Shown in pieces: positions 1-12,279 of a stretch of 64,000 nt of DNA (position 1 is its first letter; every line of letters starts with the position of its first letter). The position numbers and the translations under genes are program-made. Where the stretch lies: positions 7,316,001 to 7,380,000 of the forward strand of contig OX597814.1 in assembly GCA_951406725.2 (NCBI GenBank), written 5' to 3'. Source of the stretch: Octopus vulgaris (Eukaryota). The notes under the pieces are model-generated. The model saw only the letters and a program-made list of their open reading frames with translations, was not told the DNA's origin and did not search any database.

Positions 1-376
1 CATCCGTTTTCCATGCTGGCATGGGTCGGATGGTTTGACAGGAGTTGCACCACACTCCATTGTCTTGTTTTTCGCATGGTTTCTACGGCTGGATGCCCTT
101 CTTCACTGCAACCGAAGTCAGTCAGGAAAAATCGAAATCAAAAAGGAAGAATCTGTATTTATGAAGTTGGCAGAAAACTACTTGAATGATCAATATGAAA
201 TCCAACGCACTCTAATGACTATGATATCTCAGAACTTCTGGACAGATTTAAATAAAACTAAATATAAGAAAATGTGGTTTCAAAGTAAAACAATTTAATG
301 GATCACTCGATCAAAAGTTTGACACATTAATAGAAACTGTTTAAAAAATTGAAAGTTTGAATATAATTGTTTCTGA

Positions 377-2130
377 ATCATCATCATCATCATCTAACTC
401 CATTTTCCATGCTGGCATGGGTTGGACGGTTCGACTGGGGTCTAGAAAGCTAGGAGGCTGCACCAGTCCCCACTCTGATCTGGCAATGTTTCTACAGCTG
501 GGTGTCCTTTCTAACGCCAACCACTCCAAGAGTGTAGTGGGTGCTTTTTAAGTGCTACTGGCACAGGGGCCAGAGGAGCTGGCATCAACCATGATTGGAT
601 GGTGCTTTTTATATGTCACCGGCACAGAAGCCAGTCAAAGTGGCACTGGCATTGGCCACGTTCGAGTGGTACTTTTTATGTGCAACCGGCACAGAGCTCA
701 CAACTACAACTTGCGTTTGATTTGATTTTGATATTGTTGATGTACTTGACTCCATAGGTCTCCTCAAGCACGAGATGTCGCCCTACGATCCAAGGTACTT
801 TTGAGTGGGCTGGTTATGTGACACTGGTGTAGGTTACAGCTGTGGACTCAATTTATTTGCCAGGTTTTCTCAGTCACATCAAGTTCAGTTGTCTGTTTGG
901 GCATGGTTTCTACAATTGAATGCCTTTCCTAACACCAACCACTTTACAGAGTGTACTGTGCGCTTTTTACATGGTACCATCACCAGTGCTTTTTATGTGG
1001 TACCAACACTGACAGGGTCACCAAGTACTTTTCAAGACAAAATCCCACCTCAACCGGGAGGTGGGGGTGTGAATTTGTGCCAGTTTAGAGGTTCAAGAAA
1101 TGGAAGGGATAGATATAGATGTCTCGCTGAAGAAGAGATACATGAATACTCCATTTGGAAAAGGAAAGAGTGTTAAAGAGTAAAATAAAGAGAGGTGATG
1201 GTGACGACGTGTCAGGACATTGGGGGTGATGAAAATAGATTAGGTGGTATATGGGTGAGTGGACAGGTTGAAGTAACTGTAGCAAATGATGGGGAGAAAT
1301 ATAGGAGAGACTCAGGGTTGCAGTAGATATGTGAAGGCATTGAGAGTGATAGCAGGTGTGTGAGAAGCTGATGGTGGAGAGTAGCAGTGGGAGGAGAGAG
1401 AAGGTGCAGAAAAGGGGTGATTGTTGGAGGCAGTGGGTGGTGGGGAGAAGATGGCAGGTATGTAATATGAGCCTATTCCGTTCACAGGTGATAGAGGAAG
1501 TGATGGGTATTGGGAGATGAAATGAGGTTGGGGGGAGAAGGTTGATGGGGTAGACAGGATGGAGATAAACATTACCAACATGGTTTTAAGATGTCAACTC
1601 TGTCGTGGTTGATGAGTCCTCTTGAGTAGAGGGAATACGAGTTTGCAGAAGGGTGAAATAGGAGGCAGGAGTAGCTTAGGGGGGAAAATATTACAGAAAG
1701 TAGTGAATGGTGTGTAATGTGTAGGAGTTGCGGAGGGGAGAGACAGAGGAATGGATAAGGAGTTGTTATAGGAGGTGGATTATGGTGGTAGAATTGGGAG
1801 GATATTGAGAAGCAGATAAAAGAAGGTGTTTAGAATGGAAGTATAGCAGAAGCCAAAAAAGGGGACAGTGGCTGAAAGCACAACAAGGTGATTGGTTGAA
1901 ATGGTATTGGTAGAGTGGATGAGTTAAGGAAGTAGTCTGGTGGGGGGGGCACCTTTTGGAAGGATATGGTATGTAATATATGCAATATATTATAGGTGAG
2001 TACAGCAAATGCTAGATGTGACAGGGTGGAAGGACGGGTGGATGCAGATATTGCCACACATGAACAGGCATATCTAAATGGTTATAGGGTTTCCTTTTTA
2101 CTGTAATGGGTGGGTCTTCTTGAGCATAGC
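377..2130 (-). mobile_element. RTE LINE 3'-UTR fragments, including a subfamily with an approximately 1-kb G/A-rich (sense C/T-rich) segment
   Basis: (CAT)n tail, ccatgctggcatgggttggacgg box, ccaaccact box; the purine-rich tract 1060-2050 ends in gggtcttcttgagcatagca like other RTE ends. Confidence 0.7.
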
Positions 2131-2159
2131 AAGTCATGAATCTTCTCGGTCCTTATCCC

Positions 2160-2796
2160 TGGACTGGTGGTACATAAAAAGCACTATTCGAATCGTGGCC
2201 GATGCCAGCGCCGCCTCGACTGGCTTCTGTGCTGGTGGCACGTAAAAAGCACCATCCGAATCGTGGCCGATGCCAGTGCCGCTTCGACTGGCTTCTGTGC
2301 CGGTGGCACGTAAAAAGCACCATCCGAATCGTGGCCGATGCCAGTGCCGCCTCGACTGGCTTCTGTGCTGGTGGTACGTAAAAAGCACCATCCGAATCGT
2401 GGCCGAAGCCAGTGCCGCATCGACTGGCTTCCGTGCTGGTGGCACATAAAAAGCACCATCCGAATCGTGGCCGATGCCAGTGCCGCCTCGACTGGCTTCT
2501 GTGCCGGTGGCACGTAAAAAGCACCATCCGAATCGTGGCCGATGCCAGTGCCGGTGGCACGTAAAATGCACCAATCCGACCGTGGCCGTTGCCAGCCTCG
2601 CCTGGCACCTGTGCAGGTGGCACGTAAAAAGCACCCACTACGCACACAGAGTGGTTGGCATTAGCAAGGGCATGCAGCTGTAGAAACACTGCCAGATAAG
2701 ACTGGAGCCTGGTGTAGCTTCTTCCCAGATCCCCTGGTCGAACCGTCCAACCCATGCTAGCATGGAAAACAGACGTTAAACGATGATGATGATGAT
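2160..2796 (+). mobile_element. 5'-truncated RTE 3'-UTR copy with 5 x 68-bp internal repeat
   Basis: ccgaatcgtggcc recurs at 2256, 2324, 2392, 2460, 2528; ends aacgatgatgatga. Confidence 0.85.
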
Positions 2797-3434
2797 CAGG
2801 CTCCAATACTTCATCTCTTGTCTTCCGGGGGTTTCCATGTGTTCCATCCACTTTCTTTATGCAACTGTTCTTTTTCCATACTCATCCCTCAACTAAACCA
2901 ACACACTCCTCTCTCTCTCTCTCTCGCATATAACTTCAGATTCCTTTTATGTCTAATTTTTTTTCGTTCAATAAATCTGCACTTTGTCATACACACACAC
3001 ACACGTATGTGTACCCTTGTCTCGACATTACTTGGTGGTTGTAAACAAGCATACTGCTTGCTTCCAGTCTTCTGTGAAAAGCATGTCTGGTCACAGGGCA
3101 ATGTTACCTTGCCTAGAAGCAGGTGACAGTTGGTGAAAGGATGGGCATCCAACCATGGAAACCATGCTGAAACAGACATTGAAGCTCAGTGCAGTCCTCT
3201 GACCTGCCACAACATTCAAGCCAGGTCAGCTTGGAATACAGATGCTAAATGAGGATTATGTAAATATATATATATGAGGTCTCTGTAACGTAATGCGATA
3301 AAGTGTTCCCATGATAATCTGCTGTGGTTAAATATCCAATTTAGGTGTTCAAATAACCACAATGGGGAATTGTATGCAGGAACAAATGGCTTGTGTTTTT
3401 CATAATTTATCATATATATATATATATATATATG

Positions 3435-3734
3435 TGGAGGCGCAATGGCCCAATGGTTAGGGCAGCGGACTCACGGTTATGATTCCCAGACCGAGCATTG
3501 TGAGTGTTCATTGAGCAAAAACACCTAAAACTCTACGAGTCTCTGGCAAGGGATGGTGGTGATCCCTGCTGTACTCTTTCGCCACAACTTTCTCTCACTC
3601 TTTCTTCGGTTGGCCTGCTCGCTTAGCCAGCGGGGTGGTGTCATTTGAAAGCTAAAACACTGCGAAGCGCATTGTGACCAGCAATGTATAACAACATCTG
3701 ATAGCCTGGTCGGTCACGGTGATAAATATATATA

Positions 3735-3769
<35 letters not shown>

Positions 3770-4078
3770 GTGAAGGTGCATGGCTCAGTGGTTAGAGCAT
3801 TGAGCTTACGATTGTGAGGTTTTGAGTTTGAATTCCGGACTGGGCTGCGTGTTGTGTTCTTGAGCAAGACACTCTATTTCACATTGCTCCAGTTCACTCA
3901 ACTGTAGAAATGAGTTGCGACATCACAGGTGCCAAGCTGTATTGGCCTTTGCCTTTCCCTTGGATAACACTGGTGGCGCGGAGAGGGGAAGCTGGTATGC
4001 ATGGGCGACTGCTGGTCTTCCATAAACAACCGTGCCCGGACTTGTGCCTGGGTGGGTAACTTTCTAGGTGCACTCCAT
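3435..4078 (+). mobile_element. Two adjacent tRNA-derived SINEs separated by (TA)n
   Basis: Heads ggcgcaatggcccaatggttagggc (3439) and ggtgcatggctcagtggttagagc...gagtttgaattcc (3775) carry A/B-box-like motifs. Confidence 0.75.
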
Positions 4079-4479
4079 AAAGTGGGTCTCAACATATATA
4101 TAAATTAACAGAATGAGATAAAAATCCAAGGCTGTGAAAGATTTCAGAACATTTATAAAGAGGTCTTACAGCTGTTTCCGGGATATTTTATATATCCCTT
4201 CATTGGAGATGGTGCGAGAAAATGGTTAAGCAATAGTTATTCTAGAGAATAACCTGCCCATTCCTTCTATCAATTTATCCTGACTGACCACTGGCCAGTA
4301 CACTTTCCCACTCTTCATTTCTTTATTATCTCTCTCCCCACTTTTCTTTTTTTTTTTCTTTTTTTCCTCTCTTCCTGTTTTTGATTTGAACTTACAAACA
4401 CATTCCAAACTTTTATTATTATTGGGATATATATATGTGTGTGTGTATATATCATCACCATCATTGTTTAACGTCCATT

Positions 4480-6960
4480 GTATCCGAATCGTGGCCAATG
4501 CCAGCGCCGCCTCAACTGGCTTCCGTATCAGTGGCACGTAAAAAGCACCATCCGAATCGTGGCCGAAGCCAGTGCCGCCCCGACTGGCTTCTGTGCCGGT
4601 GGCACGTAAAAAGCACCATCCGAATCGTGGCCGAAGCCAGTGCCGCCCCGACTGGCTTCTGTGCCGGTGGCACGTAAAAAGCACCATCCGAATCGTGGCC
4701 GATGCCAGTGCCGCCTCGACTGGCTTCCGTGCAGGTGGCACGTAAAATGCACCAATCCGACCGTGGCCAATGCCAGCCTCGCCTGGCACCAGTGCAGGTG
4801 GCACGTAAAAAGCACCCACTACACTCGCGGAGTGGTTGGCGTTAGGAAGGGCATCCAGCTGTAGAAACATTGCCAGATAAGACCGGAGCCTGGTGCAGCC
4901 TTCTGGCTTCCCAGACCCCCGGTCGAACCATCCAACCCGTGCTAGCATGGAGAACGGACGTTAAACGATGATGTCCATGCCAGCATGGGTTGAACAGTTT
5001 GACCAGGGCTGGTAAGCTGAGGGGCAGCACCAGACTCTAGTTTGATTTGGTATGGTTTCTACAACTGGATACCTTTTCTGACACCAACCACCCCAAGAAT
5101 GTAATGGGTGTCAGTTTGCATGGCACCAATATCTGCCATGACCATGATTCCACTTGGCATGATGGGTCTCCTTCTCCAGCACATCACTTGTCATTGCCTC
5201 TGTGAAGCTCAGCATGCAGAAGGTGCTTTTTATGTGCCACCAGCATGGGTGCTGGTTACATGAGACCAGCATCAGCCACATAGCCTCCGTCAGGCCCAAC
5301 ACTTGAAAGGTGCTGTTTACATGCCACCAGCACAGGTGCCAATTCCATGGCACCAACAACAACAGCCACAGCTATGATTTCATTTGGCTCAACAGGTTTT
5401 CTCAAGCACGGCATATTGGCAAGGTCTCAGTCACTTGTCATCGCCTCTGTGAGGCCCAACATTTGAAGATCAGGCTTCACCACCTCATCCCATATCTTCC
5501 TGGGTCTACCTCTACCACAGTTAGAGATCAGCACTTCTTTACACAGCTGTCCTCATCCATATGCATAACATGACCATACCAGTGCATTCATCTCTCTTGC
5601 ACACCACATCCGATGCCTCTTATGCCCAACTTTTCTCTCAAGACGCTTACACTCAGTCTTACATGCACACTGACATTACACATCCAGCGAAGCATACCAG
5701 TTTCATTTCTTTCAAGCCTACACGTGTCCTCACAGTCACAGCTCATGTTTCAATGCCATGAAGCACAGCTGTGCACATACAGGCATCATACAGTCTGCCT
5801 TTCACTCTGAGGAAGAGGCCCTTTGTTACCAACAGAGGTGGGAGCTCTCTGAACTTTGTCCAACCTATTCTTATTCTAGCAGCTGATAGCATCCATCCCT
5901 GCTACTGACTTGGTCGCCTAGGTAACAGAAGCTATCAACTACTTCTAGTTTTTACCCACTGGCATTTGATGGAATCTATTTTCTGTACATTTATAGTGTT
6001 TATTGTACCTACCAGACACAAAAAGCTATTTTCCCTGTTAACCTTCCTCCGATATTGCTGCACCTCGTGTGTCCATAGCTTACACCGAGTACAGCTTATG
6101 AAATTTCTTCCTACTCCTTTCTACAGATCAAGCAGGGCCATCTACCTGAAGGGATTTGTGATTTTCTGCTTTCCTACCTACTAAGACTTCAATTTTTGCT
6201 AGGTTAGCTCGATTTTAGGCCCTTCAATTCTAGACTTTGCTTCCACACCTGAAACTTCTCTCTTTCTTGGTGTGATATATATCATCATCATCATTTAACA
6301 TGTTTCCATGCTGGCATGGGTTGAATGTTTTGACTGGAAACTGGTAATCTGGGGGCTGCACCAGGTTCCAATCTGATTTGGCAAGATTTCTATGGCTGGA
6401 TGCCCTTCCTAACACCAACCAATCCAAGAGTGGGTTTTTTTATGTGCCACCAGTACAGGTGCCATTGACATGACATTGGCATCAGCCACATGTACAATCT
6501 CACTTGGCTTGATAGATCTTCTCAAGCACAGCATATCCTCCAGCGTTTGAAGGAAGCTTTTTACATGCCACTTACGTGACACTGATTTTGGCCACAACTA
6601 CAACCTCACTTGGCTTGACGGATCTTCTCAAGCACAGCATCCGCTAAATGTCTCGGTCACTTATCATTACCTCAGTGAAGCCCAACATTCAAAGATTATG
6701 CTTCACCACCTCATCCCAGGTCTCCCTGGGTCAACCTCTCCCACAGGTTCCTCCACAGTTAGAGATTGGTCCTCCTTCACACAGCTGTCCTCATCCATCC
6801 GCATCACATGACCATACCAGCACAGTCATCTCTCTTGCACACCACATCTGATACTTCTTATGCCCAACTTATCTCTCAGGAGGCTTAAACTCTGTCGTGT
6901 ATGCACACTGACATTACACATCCAGCGAAGCATACTAGCTTCATTTCTTACAAGCCTACA
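4480..6960. mobile_element. Cluster of RTE fragments: + strand tail copy 4480-4972, - strand ORF-end/UTR copies 4975-6265 and 6290-6960
   Basis: 68-bp internal repeats; minus-strand similarity to the 59.5-60.5 kb RT region. Confidence 0.8.
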
Positions 6961-6987
6961 CTTCCTGTGCTGGTGCCACATAAAAAG

Positions 6988-7265
6988 CACCTGTGCTGGT
7001 GTCACATAGAATTAAAACACACCTGTGCTGGTGCTACATAGAATTAAAACACACCTGTGCTGGTGCTACATAGAATTAAAACACACCTGTGCTGGTGCTA
7101 CATAGAATTAAAACACACCTGTGCTGGTGCTACATAGAATTAAAACACACCTGTGCTGGTGCTACATAGAATTAAAACACACCTGTGCTGGTGCTACATA
7201 GAATTAAAACACACCTGTGCTGGTGCTACATAGAATTAAAACACACCTGTGCTGGTGCCACATAG
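6988..7265. repeat. Minisatellite, about 8.7 x 32 bp
   Basis: Unit cacctgtgctggtgctacatagaattaaaaca at 6988, 7020 ... 7244, inside a + strand RTE-tail copy ending in (GAT)n near 7459. Confidence 0.95.
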
Positions 7266-7419
7266 AAGGCACCCAGTACACTCAGTAAAGTGATTGCTAT
7301 TAGGAAGGGTGCCCACTCGTAGAAACTATGCCAAAACAGTCAACTGGAGCCTGGTAGTGCCCTCCAGCTTGCCAGTCTCTGACAAACTGTCCAACCCATA
7401 GCAGCATGGAAAATGGGCA

Positions 7420-7461
<42 letters not shown>

Positions 7462-7765
7462 ACAGGCTTCATCCTGTTTCTTTCTACCAAATCCACTCAC
7501 AAGACTTTGGTCAACCCTGGACTCTGTTAGAAGATGTTTTCCCAATGTGCCACACGGGGGGACTGAACCCAAACCCATGTAGTTAGGGAGCAGATTGCTT
7601 AACTACACAGCCATGCCCACCCCTGACAAAGGAAGATTTATCCCCAGATGATTGTTTTGTTAAAAAGAATGCCAGTTGTAGAATATTTTCACAGCACAAC
7701 TCTCTTCTATTCATCAAGAACCTTAATAACAAATGATGCAAGGTAAATATTGAAAGAGAAGCCTT

Positions 7766-10700
7766 CGTCATCACACCATCATCATCATTTAGCATCCGTT
7801 TTCCATGCTAGCATGGGTTGGACGGTACAACTGATCTGGCAGTGTTTCTACGGCTGGATGCCCTTCCTAAAGCCAACCACTCCGTGAGTGTAGTGGGTGC
7901 TTTTTATGTGCCACCGGCACGGGGGCCAGGCGAGGCTGGCAACGGACACGAACGGATGGTACTTTTTATGTGCCACCGGCACGAGGGCCAGGCGAGGCTG
8001 GCAACGGACACGAACGGATGGTGCTTTTTACGTGCCACCGGCACGGAGGCCAGTCGGGGCGGCGCTGGCAGAATTTACAGGCTGCTAGAATTTACTTTTA
8101 ACAAAAATTGGGTTAGGGTTAGTATAAGATTTGCATATGATTTAAGACAGACTTTACAAATGTAACTGATGTATAAAGGAATTTTACTGTATGATCGTTA
8201 CCAACGTCGCCTTACTGGCACCTGTGCCAGTGGCATGTGTAAAAAGATTCGAGCGAGGTCATTGACAGTACCGCCTGACTGGCCCCCGTGCCAGTACACG
8301 TTAAAAGCACCCACTACACTCTCGGAGTGGTTGGCGTTAGGAAGGGCATCCAGCTGTAGAAACTCTGCCAAATCAAGATTGGAGCCTGGTGCAGCCATCT
8401 GGTTTGCCAGCCCTCAGTCAAAATCGTCCAACCCATGCTAGCATGGAAAGCGGACGTTAAACGATGATGATGATGCTGTATAAGTGGAATCTCTATTTAA
8501 TGATGTTGGTTTGATTGAACATAGTAGTGGTGGTGGCGGTAATGATGATAATTTTAGTGACAACAGTAATAGTTTTACCCATCTTGTAGAAACTGGTGTT
8601 GAAAACAGCCAGTGACTATAATTTAATTGATATCTTAATTATTTTTGATAGTAATTGAAACAGTTGTTTGGTTGTGGAAAGATTATTCAAGTAATTGAAA
8701 AACAGTTGAAGATGGTATCTTGTGTATTGGAGAATTAATAATGGTTGTATCAACCTATTTTGAGAACATTGGTGATAAAAACTGTGCATACCATACTTAT
8801 GTCCCACTGCATGGCGCCTTGGGCAAGTGTCTTCTACTATAGCCTCAGGCCAACCAAAGCCTTGTGAGTGAATTTGGTAGACAGAAACTGAAAGAAGCCC
8901 ATCGCATATATGTATATATATATATATTTGTGTGTCTGTGTTTGTCCCCCCAACATCACTTGACAACCAATGCTGGTGTGTTTACATCCCCGTAACTTAG
9001 TGGTTCGGCAAAAGAGACCAATAGAATAAGTACTAGGTTTACAAAGAATAAGTCCTGGGATCGATTTGCTCAACTAAAGGCGGTGCTCCAGCATGGCCAC
9101 AGTCAAATGACTGAAACAAGTAAAAGAGAATATGTAGATTCTGGCCCAGTGGTGACAAGCAATTAGTCAACACTGAAAGAATGGTGGTTAGGATGCTGTG
9201 AAGATGTCGGTCTAATGTCTGCTAGAAGAAAACTAGAATCACCTCATGCAGTGAGATAAAAAGCAGAATGAAATCAATTAGGGTCCAATAGATGTAATGA
9301 ACATTACTTCTCAGTATAAATCCTGCTTTCGTCTCTTACAGAGATTTTCTAACAGAATAGTTATAATTCCTCAATTATAGCTTTGTCCAAAACAACTGAA
9401 TTTTTCTTCTTTTTTTTCCCCCCTCTCTTACATCTTGCCTACAGTCATCACTCTGCTATATTCTATTTCAGTGGTGGAGGCTCTTCTTGTGACTAACAAG
9501 GTGACCTCACTAGTGCTGGTGGCAAGAGAAAAAGCACTCAGTCCTCTTTGTAAAGGATAAGAAGGCAAGACATGGTCCACTGACCAGTATCGGATCCTGT
9601 CAAATTGTTTAACCCTTGCCTGCATGGAAAGTGGACACAAAATGATGGCAAATGTAGAATCAATCTTTCTCCATTGAAATTTTAGAAGCTATAATTGTAT
9701 ATTTTCTTTTACTTCATTTGGAGTGAAAATAATTATATTTGAAGAACGGGGACCTCATTGTTTCAGAGTTCCTTTTCAACTTGTACTGTCCCCCCTGAAA
9801 ATCAAAAAGTCACAATATGGCCAGTTGTATCTAAACAGACACCAATGGCCATTGTTCTTATGTTCAGCAGAGTTAGAAGAAGCACATGCAATCTCAGATG
9901 CTGGTCCTATTCAAAAAAGTAGAACTTTCAAATGAGGAATAAAATTACTGCTGTGTTTTTGGTGTAAATGGAATATCACCCTTAACAACAACTGTGGAAT
10001 TTCCATGGGCTCAGCTTGGAATGATAATGCTGTGCCTGGTGTAGTCTTCTACCTGGCTAGTTCCTGTCAAACTGTCCAACCCATGCCAGCATTGAAGACA
10101 GGTGTTAAAGGATGATGATGACGATGATATAATATGTATCAGTTTACATGGATCAAGTAGTTCATGGTCAGCAGCTCATTTGCATATTATCATCATCATC
10201 GTTTAACGTCCGCTTTCCATTTTAGCATGGGTTGGACAATTTGACTGAGGTCTGGCGAACCAGATGGCTGCACCAGGCTCCAATCTGAACAGGCAGAGTT
10301 TCTACTGCTGAATGCCCTTCCTAACACCAACGACTCCAAGAGAGTAGTGGGTGCTTTTATGTACCACCGGCACAAGGGCCAGTCAGGCAGTACTGGCAAC
10401 AGCCACACTCAAATGGTACTTTTTATGTGCCACCTGCACAGGAGCCAGTCCAGCGGCACTGGCAACGACCTCACTCGAATGTTTTTTCATGTGCCAGTAA
10501 GGCAACACAGGTAATGATCACACTCGGATGGTGTTTTTTATGTGCCACTGGCATGGAGGCCAGCTTGTTGCTCTGGCAACTATCATGCTCAGATGGTACT
10601 TTTAGCACTCCACTAGCAACGGATGCCAGCCACTGAGTTTGATTTCGATTTCACTTGCCTCAACAAGTCTTCGCAAGCAGAGTTTAGTGTCCAATGAAGG

Positions 10701-10840
10701 GAAGGTATACTTAAGTGGACTGGTTACACCCCTGGCATAGGCCACAAGGTTATGATCTCACTTGAGCTTGCCGAGTCTTCTCAAGCACAGCATATTTCCA
10801 AAGGTCTCGGTCACTAGTCATTGCCTCAGTGAGGCCCAAG
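7766..10840. mobile_element. Interspersed RTE tail copies (7766-8070 -, 8195-8474 +, 10190-10840 -) and a tRNA-SINE (about 8810-9130 +)
   Basis: Shared taggaagggcatccagc and ccatgctagcatgg boxes; SINE body ccttgggcaagtgtctt...gactgaaacaagtaaaagag. Confidence 0.75.
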
Positions 10841-11889
10841 TATAATGGTTTTACTCTTAGCTAAATCCTTCCTGCAGTAGTCTTAAGAAGATAGTGTCTC
10901 TAATTAATGGGACTCTAATTAGTTTCATGATTTGTTTGATACTTCTGTCTAGGGTGTCTCCTTTACTCTTATAACAGCTGACTATAATGATGCTACCCCA
11001 CTGGAGATAACACCTTCCTGAATAATCTGATTAACTATACAGGTGACTAGATCATATCCTACTCTGCCAGGTATTTTAAGCATCTCAGTAGTAATTCCTG
11101 ATTTACCAGGGACTTTCTTAATTACTTTATCTGTCAACAATTATATTTATGTATCATCATCATCATCATCATCATCCGTTTTCCATGCTAGCATGGGTTG
11201 GACGGTTTAACTGGGGTCTGTGAAGCCGGAAGGCTTCATCAGGCCCAGTCAGATTTGGCAGTGTTTCTACGGCTGGATGCCCTTCCTAACGCCAACCACT
11301 CCGCGGGTGTAGTGGGTGTTTTTTATATATATAAATTACAAAATACAAAGTTATATCTTGAGATCGCTAGTGACAACAACACTCAAAATATATAACAGAC
11401 TGGTCGACAGGAGTGTCAGTTTCAAATATATGATATGTTTCATATTAATTGGCGTGTCTCCGAAACGTCCCGTAGATGAACATTTATGTATTTTTTTAAA
11501 TTGTGTCTTTACCTTTTCTGTATTTTCTCTGAAATTTTAATATGTCATTGTATGTTTTATTACCCCAAATTTTTAATTTAACAAATTTTTACCAAATGTT
11601 TTATGATTTTAAACGTAAATTCAATGTGTTATAATTGCAACGCTGATTCTTATATATTTATATATTTTATATGATGTTTATATATTTATATATTACTATA
11701 TTTTTAAACGTCGAACTTAATATCTGTTCTGTAGATATAAATGAATATATGTATGCGTTTGATCTTTCTGTGGATTTTGTAATGTTCCTTTCGTTGCTGC
11801 TCACATTGCCTCCCCTTGGATTAATAAGTGTATATATATATGTATGTGTGTGTGTGTGTGTATGCGTGTGTTGTTCTTTCCAGTAATGA

Positions 11890-11991
<102 letters not shown>

Positions 11992-12279
11992 TGATTTCTT
12001 TACTCAATGAAGCTCTGACAAACATTCTGATTACTATTTGGCTCACTAATTTAAGAAATCCTGCAACGGTCAAAGCCATGTTACCTCCTCCTCATCAGAG
12101 ATCATTATCCCCCCCACACACACACACACTGACTTATTGAGAAAAAGAGAGAAATAAACAAAGAATTTCAGTATAACATACATAGATAAATTGGTTTATT
12201 CCAATGGAGAAAAAAAGTGGATTGAACTCTACATTATCCTATGTGTATAGTTCAATTCTAGTTCAATGTACTAGAAATG

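Noticed and set aside
2134-2851. Repetitive ORFs (GAFYVPPA / RHWHRPRFG peptides) here and at 4226, 12258, 41070, 48237 and 55526
   Set aside because: Stop-poor GC-rich VNTR units read through in several frames on both strands; no protein-family signal
11396-11480. Possible hammerhead (ctggtcga...ggag/ctcc GAAACG-tcc-CGTA)
   Set aside because: Stems II and III are plausible, but the core deviates from CUGANGA and no stem I forms
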